Assembly: GCA_043228905.1 (NCBI GenBank)
Contig: JBHGNT010000003.1
Span: 24,304,001 to 24,368,000 of the forward strand
Length of the DNA: 64,000 bases
DNA from: Azolla caroliniana
Lineage: Eukaryota > Plantae > Polypodiophyta
Direction of reading: 5' to 3'
Of the stretch, positions 61,967-64,000 are shown piece after piece. The translations under genes were made by a program, and so were the position numbers. Below the pieces are notes generated by a model that ran no database searches, had not been told where the DNA came from, and saw only the letters and a program-made list of their open reading frames with translations. Position 1 is the stretch's first letter, and each line of letters opens with the position of its first letter.

Positions 61967-64000
61967 GTAGAGAATTCAAAGCTTCTGCTTTATCCTGTGT
62001 TCTGATTGAATGTTGTAATTATATTTGATCCCTGTATTCATCGATGCTGATGAATCCAAATCAATTCAGGGAAAATATCGTGAGTATCTTCAGATGTTAT
62101 GCATGAATGGGCTTGGTTGTACCTTGTACCTAGAATAGTTTAGGATTATTTTTTGTGAAGCGTTATTATGCCAAATAGATTTCTTGCTTGGTTTATGGAT
62201 AGAGTTAACTATCCAAGGCCTACTGTGTGAAGATACAATAATTGGTATGGAAAATTCACGTTTGTTCAAAGGCAAATAATTCAACAATATTATACAAGAC
62301 TAGGAACTATACATTGTAACAGATCCATTAAGATTATTTTTGTGAAATTATGTTTTGACAAATAATTGCCACAATTACATTTTTTCTTATTGTGAAATAA
62401 AATGTACCATGGAGAGGATCACCATCAATTTTGCGTTCTAGATTATTCAATGGGTAGGCATAAGAATGTGCAGTTTTTTTCCCTTTTTATTTTTTTATCA
62501 TTTTCCTATTTAAATTCTGATTGTACCTCTAATGTTTTCCAAGATTGATTATTATGGATGATTAAACTTTGAATGGTTTACACTTGCTGCAGTCTACAGA
62601 GGCTTAGGATTATTTCACTTGCATATTGTATTGTTAGAAGGGCTCACCTATACCCGCAACATAATTCTTTTGCTAGTAGAGTTTTGTTTGTAGGGTATGA
62701 TTTAATTGAGAATTAAACATGTACGACAAAGTAATGATGAGATTGTATAATGTTTTAAACTTTTTATTCAATATTTCAAAGTCACTTGAAATATGGCCAT
62801 TGCTATGAATTGAAAAAACTTCAAATTTGACCAAGGTGTATGTGTCATGTTGTAAGGATTTCCCTTGCATATATTGTGAACCTCTCACTTCTCCAAATTC
62901 TCATGAAAAATGGCCATTTTGTTTTGTTTTGATCATTGCTTTCAAGAGTTTGATGTAGTCAATATATTAAATTCAATTAAATTACACTCATTTCCTTTAT
63001 GATGGCACATGCCAAGAGTTTAGTTCATTTTATACTTGTCTTTGATTGTAGTGCGAGCAAGTTGATGTTGGATCCTATTTCATATGCTTGATTTGTTGGA
63101 TGTATATACATACATACATGTATGTATGTGGTTTGGATTTTGGTTGCATTGCTGCTATTGAAAAGATGGAAGCAGAATTTATTTATTCTTAGAAGACATT
63201 CCCAAATGTGGTCAACTCTCTTTTGAAAGTGTTATTGCTTTGGGCTCATTAATTTTAAGTTTGCATAAATGTATATGCTATGGTTGGTGGTTGAATATGC
63301 TTTCTGGACTCTTTTCATTGATTTCGATTGACATAGTTTGATCATATTTGGAATTGATTTATCGTTGAAGCTACAAGTTATCTACTTCAATTAGTCATTA
63401 GGATTGTTCTTAATGCAAATGAAGGATAATTTTAATCTACATCCCATGATGATGATGATGTTAATACTGCAAAACAAAAGCTTTACCACCAATGGCAATG
63501 AATACAATCAATGATTAAGACCATGTTTTGATGTAATACTTTCAAGGTGGCAAAATAAGTTTGTGTTTTTAATAAAACGAGATTTTAATATATTGAAATC
63601 ATCATTTTCTAGAACATGATGTCTTATTACCCAACAAGAAGCCTAGATTCAGATTCTTCGTTTTTCCAATTAATAAAGGCTACCCAATGATAAATGTATA
63701 GCCAACAATTTGAGGTTTTTTGGTTGCAATGAGATTTGATGTGAGGCAATGCATAAATGCAACTGTCAAGTGTTAATTAGTATTTGTGCAACCTCCTTTC
63801 AACTTAGATTGCAATGCATTGAAAATGTACCCACTTATATGATGTACAACAAACAATCCTTTCACTGATGCTCAATAAAGGTTGGCTGAATACTTGGAAT
63901 AGATGAGTGAAAACACTTAAAGTTCACTTGCTTTCCTTCCTAAACCCCAACATAATTCTCATTCATTCCAATTAGTTGTTAATTCATGCAAAATTTGGAT

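Overview
Eukaryotic nuclear DNA from a land plant. It is AT-rich and intron-rich, and a plastid psbD fragment reading [16 protein letters not shown] suggests a non-seed plant such as a fern (inference). The first ~21.6 kb is a nested transposon cluster. An old degenerate Gypsy relic is interrupted by a partial LTR element (1-1448, -), by a full-length non-chromovirus Gypsy element (3319-18759, TSD CCCAT), and by a hAT-type MITE. The full-length Gypsy has a ~1000-codon extra ORF that is itself split by a young Copia element (10095-15495, TSD AAGGA). A five-unit tRNA-derived/(TA)n tandem array follows. The rest holds four host genes: ATAD2/BRAT1-like AAA-bromodomain gene (+), TTL urate-degradation gene (-), FAD2 (-) and DONSON (+). 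These are interspersed with a psbD NUPT, a LINE relic, a solo LTR, a truncated Gypsy, MITEs and short retroposed inserts. The most unusual observation is that the full-length Gypsy element has no polypurine tract. In its place is a sense copy of a tRNA-Arg-like 3' end (...GTCCCACGGGCGTGCCA) that is exactly complementary to the element's own PBS, which hints at a non-standard priming mechanism. All calls were made by eye; no searches were run.
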